A model generated the notes under the pieces. That model did not search any database. It saw nothing but the letters and a program-made list of their open reading frames with translations, and was not told the origin of the DNA. The position numbers and the translations under genes were made by a program. From Lama glama (lineage: Eukaryota), in the NCBI GenBank assembly GCA_028534125.1, contig CM052827.1:34100001-34164000 (forward strand): a stretch of DNA of 64,000 nucleotides. The letters are read 5' to 3'. Every line of letters begins with the position of its first letter. Position 1 is the first letter of the stretch. Below are positions 12,060 through 23,535 of this stretch, piece by piece.

Positions 12060-12137
12060 CTCGTGCTCAAAGAATCGGTCCTCCAGGGTCTTGTCTCCAG
12101 GGTTGCTGCCTGCGCCCTCGAAGAGCAGCTTGTACTC
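12060..12137 (-). CDS. ATP6V0D1: ATP6V0D1 coding exon 7
   Basis: [26 protein letters not shown]; AG/GT flanks; 78 nt. Confidence 0.98.
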
Positions 12138-12245
12138 CTGGCCCAGGGGAGTCGGGGGAAGCATGAGTACGAGGGTGCTGTTAGGTATGGGGTGGGGATG
12201 TTGATGCCAACATGCCTGCCCATCTCCTACAGCTAGGGCACTCAC

Positions 12246-12422
12246 CGGGTAGTAGTCAGCCACGTTCTTGACCTGCTCGTAGTCGTCAGCCCGAGCCAGC
12301 TGGGCCAGGCCCTCAGGGTAGAGCCGTCCGCAGTGCGGAAAGAGCTTGGCACGGTCCTCCTTGGACAGCTCTGTGCCGAAGGAGTTGATGGTGATGATGA
12401 AGGCGCGGCGATCTGCTTCAAA
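12246..12422 (-). CDS. ATP6V0D1: ATP6V0D1 coding exon 6
   Basis: [59 protein letters not shown]; 177 nt. Confidence 0.98.
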
Positions 12423-12549
12423 CTGTGGCGCCAGTGCACAGGCAAGGAGAGAGGGACAGGGAGGGATGCAGTAGCCAGTCAGTTGGCAGGGCTTCTCCCA
12501 GGTCAGGGCTACAGGGGACTAGCAGGCGGAAGGGTGAACAGACACTCAC

Positions 12550-12627
12550 CTCCAGGATGGGGCACATAGCGTCAGCTGTGGTCCCTCCCAGTAGGGTGCA
12601 GAACTTGTAGAAGGACTCCAGGTAGGC
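12550..12627 (-). CDS. ATP6V0D1: ATP6V0D1 coding exon 5
   Basis: [26 protein letters not shown]; 78 nt; AG/GT flanks. Confidence 0.98.
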
Positions 12628-15600
12628 CTGTGCAGAGCATTGGACTTGCTCAGTCTGGGTAGGGAGGCTTGGGGGGGCTTGTCAGGCATCCTCCACACAG
12701 TTCCTCCTTCCCTCCCTGGCCCCTTTCATGGTGAATCCAAACATTACACCCATAGATTGACCAGGGCAGCACCCATGTCAAAGCCCCGAACATCCACAGA
12801 TTTCCAACTGTTAATCAGCCAAGCAGCAGTGGCCTGCTGCCTCCCTTGACCCAGCAGTGACAGAGCAATTTCTGGTCAATAGTCTGCTTAGTGGTATGGT
12901 GTCCCTCACACCCTCATCCCACAGAGGACCAGGCTCAGAGAAGGATTCTGTCTTCCCCCTGCTGCTCTGCCTGCCTTTCCCCCAAATTTCTCTTCAGCCT
13001 CAGAAAACCATGTGATAATGGGCTAGTGAGGAATGGTTATTCCAGAGAGTTCAAGGAGATGGCCTGGACTGGGTGCCCTGGCCCCTCTCAGTAGCCCACC
13101 TTAAAGAGCACCTCCTCCTTCTCCCATCCCCCAGGTAGTTCCCAGGCATCACACAGCAGGAACCAAACTGTCAGCACAGTTCCCGCTGAGGGATGGTTAT
13201 TGCCTGCATGGACGTCAGCCCTGCAGTGCAATGGCTAGACATGCGGACTGCTGGCAGGAACAAGCACTTCCTGCCCAGGCAAATTGGATCTGCCGGGCAT
13301 GAGGAGAAGCCAGGTCAGCCCAGGCCTCAGTTTCCTCCCAGGACTCACTCTTGAAACCAGCTGGGCCAGTCTTCTGTCCCAGAACCTCTCCATGTCAAGG
13401 AAGTGGTGACAGGCTCATGGCCCCGGGGGAGTTGCTTTTACTCAGACCCTCCTGGGTACCACAAGCCATGGGGACTCTAGCTCCACAGGCTGGAGACTAT
13501 TCTTCTGAGCTGGGAGTGAGAGCTAGGAGACAGGGAAGCTTTCTATGCCAAGGTCTGCCCTCCAACGTGCAGAGAACTTTCCTTCCACCACTTGTTGATG
13601 TGAGCCACTGGTTCTACTGCCCTAAGAGCAGAGGTGAGATGGGGCCTGGGAGTCCATGAGCCCAGGCCAAGCCTAGGCAGCAGCACTGGGCAAGCTGGGC
13701 CCAGGGGAAGACCTGAGGTAACCACTGGGGTCGCAAGAAACAAAAGTCTAGGACAGGTCAGAGAGTAAGAAGCCTGGAAGGGGAGAGTAGACCACAGCTC
13801 AGTGAATCCTAGGAGTCAGAGGGCTTGGGTGGCAGAAACAGCTGCCGATACTCCCTTGGCTTGGTGGTACTGTTTAGTCCTCTGGGACTGTCCCCAGCCA
13901 CCTCCTTACCTGTGGCCAGTCAAGCTGGCTGTGTCCAAGTCTCCAGGTCTGCCCCAGTGGGGCCTGCAGTTCCTATCTGTTGGGGAAGCCACCAGCCCTC
14001 ACTGAGTTGGACTGATTCCTGGAGAGGCTGACCCCAGGGTGGTGGAGGCTAGTGGAATAGGCCTGGACTCTCTTCTGGAGGCTAGGGCAGCTGAAGAAAC
14101 TGGATGGCAAGACCCCAAAGGCCCAGGAACCAAGGTCACCTTCCCACCCCCACCCTGTCCCCTGGAGTCTGTCAGCCCATGGCTGCTGCACCAGCTGCCT
14201 ACAGTTCCCACCCACCAGTGGGGGTCCACCTAATCTCCCATCTGTGGCCACTGGGCTGGGACATCGCCTGACAGGCAGTCCTGGCATGGTGCCTGCGGCA
14301 TTCAATCGATGTTTACAAGCTGGTGCCCAAGCAGCCCTCGCCAGTGACTCCAGTTAGAACCAGTCAGGCCCGGTGAGGGTGTGGGTAAGGCTGGGGGACA
14401 GCCACACCCCTCACCCTGCCTCAGGGCAGGGAAACCGGCAACGGGCCAGCTGGGCAGGCAGGAGCACTAGCAGGGGAGAGGCAAAGAGAGAGACCGAGCG
14501 TGAGCACTAGCACACGCGCGCTGGCTCTCACTGCTTCACCCCCCTGCCCCCCTTGCCTCTTTGTCCCCATCTCCCTCTTTCTCTCCCTATTAGTGTGTAG
14601 ATAAGGGCACTTGCTTTGCTCACAGCCAGGTGTGATGCCCAGTGCTGCCAGTGTCTAGCAAGTGGCTTCAGGTGACCCACACTACTTCTCTAAGCCCTCA
14701 GTTTCCTCACTTTACAAGTGGGGATACTGATGCCCACCTAGCTCCCAGGGCAGTCCTGAGGAGTAGAGAACTCCATAATTTTCCTACCTCTAGTCTTGTC
14801 CCTTCTAGTCCATCCTCCACATTCTGATACTGTGCCCTGTTGGAAACCTTCCTTGGCTGACCCTGCCCACAGAATAAAATTCAAACTTCTGGCCTGGCAT
14901 TCAAACCCTGGGTGACTTGATCCTGTGCCTTTTTTTCCCAGACCTGTCCCCTGCTATCTATCTGGTACTTCCACAGCAAACTGCCTGCCACTTGGCCTGT
15001 GTTCCACACTTGCTTCTGTATGTGCTGTCCCCTGCCTACACTACTACAACCTCCAGGTAGGCCCTTCACCTGCCACCAGACCCTCCCTGCACTCTGGCCC
15101 AGACCCCTGCAGGGAGACTAGAGGGCCTAGGCTCAGGTTGCCGCTATATTGGCCACCTAGCTCCAACCAGGGCAGGAGAGGAGTCTCACTGTAAAGATTC
15201 AAGAGACAGATATTCCCAGGGTTAGGTCAGCAAGGCTGCTGTGTTGGCCAGCACTATCTTCAGGCCCCCTTTAGTGCCTGCCCACTTCTAACCCATCAGA
15301 GGTCCTCACCACAGCCAGAGCCCAGTCTGCTCCAAATGTTCCTCAATGGTCCCTGGCTAGCCCCCTTTCTTGGCTTCCAGTCCTGCTTCTAAATTCTTTA
15401 GGCAGGGGCAGTACTGACCCTGGAATCCCAAGCCCTCTCTATTTCCAGGGGCCACTAGCTTGTGCCACAGCCTGGTGGGAAGCAGAAGGTGGGTGGGGTC
15501 GAAGATGGTGGGACGTGACACTGGCTGTAGACCGAGAACCCGGGGGGCACACAGGGACCTGGTAATGTCTGGCTGTGCCCTTCCCCCTACCATGCTCAGG

Positions 15601-15951
15601 TGCCTGTCCTTGCTGGCGACAGTCCAGGTGGGGTGAGCCTGAGAGCTACAGCCTAGGTGGTGGCCCATAACCCTCCTGGATGCAGGGGGAGTGGCCATCC
15701 AGGAGCCAGCTCTGACAGACCAAGCTGTGGAACATCAGCCACTCTTGCTGATCTTATCCGGGCCCGAGGGATGGAGAACCTGTTCCATGCAGTCTTGTGC
15801 CAGTCACAGGAGCCAGAAAGTGAGTGGATAAGCCCCGAGGATAGGAGCCTGGTACAGCTGCATCCTGTCCCAGCACCCCACAGAAATCACCAGCCCACCA
15901 CGCCCATGGCCCTACCCACTTCCTTCACGCCCGCTGGGTTGGGGGGGCTAC

Positions 15952-16031
15952 CTTGTAGAGAGTGTTGCGGATGATCTCGATGTTCATCTCATCAAGGTCC
16001 TGTTCTGAGATGCAGTCCTGGAAAAAAGCCG
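15952..16031 (-). CDS. ATP6V0D1: ATP6V0D1 coding exon 4
   Basis: (A)[26 protein letters not shown]; 80 nt; acceptor TAG, donor GTAGCC. Confidence 0.97.
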
Positions 16032-17408
16032 CTAGGGAGGAAAGACCAGGCTGTGACGAGTGGGCAAGTGGACTTAGCCTAGGCAACAATCCTGCTGTTG
16101 TTCAACCACAGCTGCAGGGCACAGAGGATCCCTGCTACAAGGCCCATCTGACTGGGTACGGGCGGGCCCCCAACCCAGCCTGGACTATTGCCTTAGAAGT
16201 GGCAGAAGCAATACTCCAGGCCATGTGCACTGACCTGAGCTTCTCTTGCTTTCTCGCTCCTAAAATTGATTTATAAAAGAGGCGGCCAGCCACAACATGA
16301 TCTAATCACCTCTGGGGCAGACCCAAGCTCAGACCATGCCAAAGAAAGGCTTGCATAAGAGGCTGTGACATCCTCCCTTCTCGAGGGACAGCTGTGGATT
16401 CGGGGCCTGACGCCCACTTCTCTGCATCTCCCAGGAGGGCCTGGGGCCCACATCTGAAAAACTATCCTTCTCTTAGGACAAGGAATGAGTATGAAAGCTG
16501 GGTGAGCATGGACCAGTGACCCCCGGTGTCACTGTAGGGCTGGAATTAGAGACCAGAGCAGGATAGATCCCCCTGATCCCAAGGGGGCCCATGGACTCAC
16601 TGGTCTGTTTCTTCTTTACTGATGGCGAAACTGAAGATGCCACAAACAGCCCAGAATTAGCTCAGAGTTATTGTGCGAGTTTATGGCAGGTAAGACCAGC
16701 AGGTAGGGCTCAGGCCTCTTAGTGCAGGACCAAGTGCAGCTTATGGCCCAGTAACTCAACCCTGGCGACTTCCTGGAGGTGGTGCCTGGGGACTAGGACT
16801 CTGGCCATGAGGGCATTAGCTGGTAACTGCCTTACTGGCTTCTCCCCAGTCTCCTTCCAAGGCAAGTAGGAGCCAGTGCTGCCTAGGCGGAGCCATGCAG
16901 GAAGCTCCCAGTTTCTCTTCCTTCCTTGGCCTCTGACATAAAGTCTGCATCCTGCCGGACACTGCCTGACTTGGCCCCTGGGACCTGCTCAGTGGAGGCA
17001 AGTGAAACTGTTTGCTTCTCCTTTGCCTCATGGGCAGCCAACCACTCCAGTCCAGCTTAGGCCCACAGTCTGTTAGAGCTCCCAAGACTCCAAGGGACAT
17101 AGGCCCCTGTTTCTACTATCCGTGAACTCAGCCCTGCTCTGCATTCTGAGAAATCAACCAGTTTCACAAAGTTAAATGGTCCGAGTCAGCCTGCTTGGCC
17201 CAGCAAAAGCAATATGAAGGGAACAGAAGGCAGGGTAAAGAGGAGAGAACGGGAGGCGAAGTGGAAGGAAAGAGAAAGGTAAACAGCAGTGGGCAGGCCT
17301 CGCTTTCTAGCTCAGGGCCGCCTGCCAGGGGTCTGCAAACCCCACAGAGAGGCTCTGATACTGATGCCACTGCCCATGCCTCCTCCCTCCTCCACCACGG
17401 CAGCTCAC

Positions 17409-17587
17409 CCAGGGGCGTGTCCACCAGAATGGCATTGTAGAGCTCAGCGGGTGTCTGTGCGATGTTCACGGCCTCCATCTGCTCAAAGCTGCCTAGTGGG
17501 TGGCACTTGGGCACAAGCTCGGAGATAGAGCGCTGGTGCAGCGTGCCCGTGATGAGCAGGATTACGTTGTCAATCATGTAGCTGTAA
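17409..17587 (-). CDS. ATP6V0D1: ATP6V0D1 coding exon 3
   Basis: [59 protein letters not shown]; 179 nt. Confidence 0.98.
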
Positions 17588-20500
17588 CTGCGGGAGGCAA
17601 CAACAGCAGGGCAACCCTTGAGTGGAGCTGTGGGAGTCCTGGCATAGCACCACACCCCTGCCCCAAACCCACACAGACCACCAACCCCTCAATGGTGAGC
17701 TATGCCTCAGGGACCTCTCCCTCCCCAAGTGTGCCCGTCCGCTGGCATCAGGAGCACAGGATAGACATGGCACCTCCCTAGTGGTCAAGGTGGGGCAGAA
17801 TTCATGCCCCACAAGTGATCAGGAAAAAGGGAGTAAATACCCCCACAGCTGTGCACAGTGGCAGGACACAGGCAGCAGAGGCACACAGAGGTATGTCCCC
17901 CAGGCCCTGGGGGACAAGAGGACTAGGAGATGAAGGTGTGTTCTGGGTAGAGGGAATAGTGTGTGCAAAGACCTGGAGGCATCTGCTGAAAGGCAGACGC
18001 ATTCGAGGGAACTGAGCATGGTCTGGGTTGGCAGAGAGAAGGGAACCGGGGCAGTGCTGCCAGCAGACTGGAGCCTGGAGGCAGGTCCTGTGGGCCCGAC
18101 TGAGGGTCCCAACTTCTTTTTGAGCGTGAGAGGTCCATATGCAAGGTATAAACAAGGAGTATCACAGCCCAGTTAGGGTCACGCTGGCTGCTGGGTGGGG
18201 ACAGAGAGGGAGGGGGAGACAGAAAGAAGAGGAGTGGGGTAAGAAGCTGCTCTAGGGAAGGCCAGAGAGGACCCAATGGGAAGGCCCCTCTGGAGTAAGG
18301 ACCCAGGTCAGGCTGAGATGAGTAGGCAGACAGCTGCCCTGTGCAGCCCACACCAAAAACAGGGCACTGCCTCCACCTTTAGGGCCTGAGGCCCGGGCCA
18401 GACATCCACCCAGGAATTCTGGGAGGAGACCCAGAGAACTGGACGGGATCCTGGGCTCAGAGGTCCCCTCTGGCACAAGAGGACAGCTCTGCATGGTGCA
18501 TAGGCAGCAGTGGGGGGGCTGTGGAGCCGGGAAGGGATGGGGCTGCCCAGTTCACACTTGACAAGGGGCAAGCCCTACCTCCATCCATTAAGACAATGCC
18601 TCAAAGAAGCTGGGGTTGAGTTCTGTGTAGTCACCTGTGTGGAGATGGGGTGAAAAGGGAGAGAGGGCCCCAGGCCACAGTCATGCTACAGTAGCCATAG
18701 TGTTCCACCAGCATGTCACCAGTGATGAAATCCGGTATAAGGCAGCTGGATGAGGCCCGGGGAAAAGAGCTTCAAGACCAGAGCGAGACACCCATTGAAG
18801 GGTATGAGTTGGGCTGGAGGCTGCTCCCTGAACTGGGCACTGAGCACAGCCCTGCCATAGCTTCTGGGTGGGCCACAGCTAGGCCTCAACTTAGAGGGCT
18901 GGTGATTGGGGGAGCTCCCACAGGGCCCGCTAGGAAGACAGCAAGAGGAAGAAGCCACAGTTCCTGTCCTGGCCTGACCCCTACACTCCCACCCCCACCC
19001 TCGTCCCCACTGCTTGCTGCATACTCCCCAAGTTCACACCCAGACCAGCACCCTGCTATGACCTCTGCTCTCCTGGGTTTGGGCCCAGGCAGCTGCCCTC
19101 TCTCCACCTCCAATCTGGCTCAGTCAACTACAGGATGTGTGCTGAGAAGGGACAAGCCCGCCTTCTCAAACTGAGGACTTCAGGCAGGGCCCATTTGCAG
19201 CCGCAAGCCAAGGGGCCCAAATGGCCACCCTTTCACCCCCGAACTGACAGAGCTGGGAGAGCAGAGGGACCTCAGAGAGAGTCCGCCAGAGCTTGTGCCT
19301 TGGTCTCCAACACCAGCCTGCACTGTCTCTACCCTGGGTAGCACATCCCTCTTGACCATGACTCCTCTAGAATCTTATGTACCCCAGGACCTGCTATATG
19401 TCACCTCTCATAACACTCCACTCGTACCCCATTCAGCCCCACTCCAGCACTGAGACAGCCACAAAGACTTGACCCCTGAACCTGAAGGATACTCTTTTAT
19501 ATTCTCACAAGACTTTGGATGGTAAGGGGAGCAGGAGGAGAACACTATATATTACAGCTGTACTATCCAACTGATCACAACCACCTGCATAACCAGCCCC
19601 ACTGTCAGAGGATTCAAGGCACAGAGCGTGCAGGCCCCAGGCCCTGCAACACCATAAAGCAGAGGAGTACTGTGTCCCCTTGGCCAGTGTCCTCACACCT
19701 CCACCCACATCCAGGTCCCCATGCCCTGACTCAACATTCCTCATCCAGCCTTGTCTTCTCAGAGGGATCCCCACAAGTCCATTTCCTTTTTCTAAACCTC
19801 ATCACTCCTTGCACCACAGGGTATTCGCTTATGTTGGAGGGGAGGGTTGGGGTCAGGGCCCAAGGGAGGTGCCTAGGCCCTCCTCAGAGTCCCAACCAGC
19901 CTCGGAGGAGAGCCCTGTGGGACGACTCCACTGTCTGGCTTTGCTGCTGTCCCTCCAGTGATGTGGAACAGGCCAGCTATGATTCACTTTTTTAGCCCTG
20001 ACAGCAGATGTGGGGGCTGGTGGTAGCACCCCCTTGGCTGTCCCCAGACTCTCCTGCTAGAAGTCCTGGCTGAGCACCAAGGGAAATGCTAAGCCAAGTA
20101 AAGCTCCCCAGCCCCTTGCGAGGCCTCCTTCTAACCCAGGCTAGGCCAGCCTTGGATGATCCCGTGCCAGGCTCAGCACCTCCCTCCCCCTGGGTCAACT
20201 ACAAGGTTGCTACGGTTGCAGCCCCTATTTTTCTCCCTTGCCCAATGAGAGCTAGAATCTCCTTTCCTGGGATGAAAGGAGGCAGAGCATGGCAGAGATG
20301 ATGCTGGCCCAGCTATCTGCTTTTCTCCCAAGGCAAAGGCCTGCAGCAGGCAGGGAAATCCTCATTCTCCTTGCCTGGCTTCAGCAGCTGCCTCCCTGCC
20401 CCCAGAAAGCCACTCCACCAGTCCTCCCCTCATTTGGCCTTAATAGGAGAGAATGAGGTTCCAGCTGGTCAGCATCTCCCTCCAGAGGAAGACAGCTGGG

Positions 20501-22859
20501 GAGTGGACAGGCGTCTGCCCGCCAGGACAAAGAGGCCCTCGTGGGGTGGGAGTGGGGCAGTTTGTATTCCTCTGCCCAGAGGCCCACACTCACTCTGTGC
20601 CTTCAAGACTCGGCTTGGGCCCACAAAAGTCTCGGGTCAGAGTTTAGAAAGCCACTTCCTCCAAGAAGTCTTCAGAGCCCCTAGCCAAGCCCCATCCCTC
20701 TGCCTGTGCCCTTTGGCGCCACCTGCTGGAGCATCATGGCTTGCTTCCATGTTCTCACCTTGGCCCTGAGGGCCGGGCCTGACGCTGGTTAGGAGGCCAT
20801 GACGACTAGGTACCCCTGCCAGTCTGCCCATCTACAGCCCCCAGCAGGAGCTGCTAGTAACTGCACGCTAGTAACTGCACCTGTGTTCAGTCATATCTGA
20901 GTCCTGCAGAGCCATGCCTGGGTGGAAGGGAAAGAGAGATATCAAGCTATGGCTTAGGCTCATGACCTGTCAAGCTTCAGTTTTCCGTCTGCAGTCAGGA
21001 TGACTGAAATACAGCCCATAGCAGAGCTAGTGAGGCCCTGACCTACTCCTCATTAAAATCCTGCCCCTCTCCAGAGGTCCAGTTGGGTCTTCCCATGTGA
21101 CCTGAACCTTTTGGGCCTCAAAGATTTCTTGTGTGAGCTCCTTCAGGCTCAGGGGAACAGTGTCAGTGCTGGCTTTCCCAGGAGTCAGGTCTAGCCCAGG
21201 ACCCAGAAACTACAGCAGGCTGGAGACCCAGCCTAGAAAGACCCTGCCATCAATCCAGAAATAGTGGTTGTGGACTGCAAGAGCTAGAGGGTCAGGATAG
21301 GGAGGCCTAAGGATACCAGATGCCCTCTGTGACCCAGCAGGGCCCAAGGTTTGAGCAATGTGACCTGGGAGTGTGGTAGGTGTGCTGACAAGCCCAGTGG
21401 GCACTTGAGGCCATGGTCCTGGGACAAAGCTTCTTTCCAGCTGCCCACTCCAGGCTGGCGGCACTGAGGCTCCTGGCACAGGAGAATATGAGACCTCACC
21501 TCCCCCAGATGGTGCAGGTCACCATGCCCAAGTTCTGCAGGGCTGCAGGCAGGTGCTGCACACATGGACATGGCCCCCACTGGGGAAGTTCACTCATCTA
21601 AGGACAAAGGCCTTTGGAGCCCACCTGGGAATCCCCAGAGACCACACTTAGTTCTCCCAGCTTCCCTTCTGGGGCCTACTCTCCTATGGGAAGCCATCAT
21701 GGGATGGCCCAGATCAAGGTCCCCTGCAACGCCAAAAAACTCTAATAAGAGGCTCTATCCACATCACACAGCAAGTGAATGGCTGGGCCTGGAAGGAGCC
21801 CTCAGTATAGTGACATATTACATGTTATTACCATGATATTGAGCTGAATCATCTCAAAACCACACGACTGATGACAGTCTACTTCTGGGGGACCTCTCTT
21901 ACTCAGGGCCTGTCTGCCCCACACAAGGACGCTACCTCCACTCTGGCCACCCACTCCCTGAGTGGCCCCTCTAACTCCATCTGACCCTGGAGTCCTCTGG
22001 CTCCTGGGACCCCTGGCTCCATTTATGGCACCTGCCCACAGGCCTCCCCAGGAGCTACCTGCACCGGCACTGGCACCCACCCTATCGCATCCATACATCT
22101 CCCTCCCTTCTGGCACTGAGCCTGGCCCAGAGCTGACACTGGTCATGTGTGTACGTTGGCTGAAGGCTGGCTGGGATCTACAAAACCACTGGACACTGTC
22201 TCTCATCATGGAAGGGCAGGGGAGGCCTTGACCAGCTTCTGTTTGTACAACTTCAGTGACGAGGATCTCACTGCCTCCTGCAGAAGACTGTTCCAGCCAT
22301 CCTGGGGCAGCTCTGAAGGCAACTAAGAGACTCTGAGGGCTGGAGCTAAGGTAACCTCTGCAGTGGTCCCAGCCTCTGCCCCAGCTGGGCTGGCTTTGTC
22401 TGTGGGCAGCAATGGCGTTGTTCCCTCAAGTCCCCACACCGGGATGGGGTATCTAGCTGACACGTCCACCACCTGGGGGATGGCACTCTCCTCACTGGTA
22501 ACATTCCTCTGGATATCACTAGGGTATCATTCTCCTTCCCATTGGGTCACAGAACAGGGTCTCCATGTTCCAGCTGCTTAGGACACATATGGTTCCCTCA
22601 ACCTAGGGCTGCCCTCTCCCAATTCTTCCTTCAGACGGTCCTCCCCTCAGTCAAATAGCCGCCTCCTCAGGGAAGCCAGCCGTGAGGCCCCAGCCTGGGG
22701 AGGTCCCCTGGACAGTCCCCTATGGAAGACTTCACCCCTTTCTTCAACACTCCTTACTCCTAGGATGACCCAGCATGGAGGAGGTAGAAGAGGTGAAGAA
22801 GGAGGAGGAAGAGGAGGAGGAGCCACCAGGGAGGCAGGAGTTAAATCAGACAGACATCA

Positions 22860-23535
22860 TGAGGGAGTAGAAGGACCACGAACTCACCTCTCCTTGCAAC
22901 TACAACAAAACCATAACCAATTTCTGAACAGCCACCGAGAAAAAAGGAGTCTAACAAAAAGGATCTGCTTCAACTGGAAACAATGAAACAGAACCACAAC
23001 AGGAAGGTAGGAGGGGTGAGCTCACGATAAAGTCAGGCCCCATACCCTCTGGGTGGGCAACCCACAAGCTGAAGAACAATTAAGTCATAGAGGAGCTCCC
23101 ACAGGAATGAAAGTTCTGAGCCCCACGTCAGACTCCCAGGACCAGGGTTCCAGCAGTGGGAGGAGGAGACCCCAGGACATCTGGTTTTGAAGGCCAGTGG
23201 GGCTTAACTTCAGGAGCCCCACAGGCCTGAGAGACAGAGACTTAACTCTCTTGGGAGACACGCACAGGATCACAAGTGCACCAGGTCCAGCGGCAGAGAC
23301 AGTGATTGCATAGGAAACTGGGCCAGACCAGCCTGCTGGTTTTAGAAGTTCTCCTGCGAGTTAGGAGACTGCTGCAGTTTACCCAGGGGACATAGAAGCT
23401 GGTGACAGACATTCTGGGAGTATTCATCTGCATGAGCTTCCCTGGAGGCTGACATCTTGATTGGATTAATAACACCAAGACCCAGCCCCACCCAACAGCC
23501 TGTAGGCTTAAGGGCTGGGAACCCTCAGGCCAGAG
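22860..23535 (+). mobile_element. LINE-1 5' UTR-like fragment
   Basis: By-eye resemblance to laurasiatherian L1 5' UTR (GAGCCCCACGTCAGACTCCC, TTTGAAGGCCAGTGGGGCTT, CCCCACCCAACAGCCTGTAGGC); no ORF1 follows. Confidence 0.6.

Noticed and set aside
18722-18800. GTGATGA box C-like motif suggesting a snoRNA
   Set aside because: It is antisense to the host gene, and I found no properly placed box D or terminal stem.
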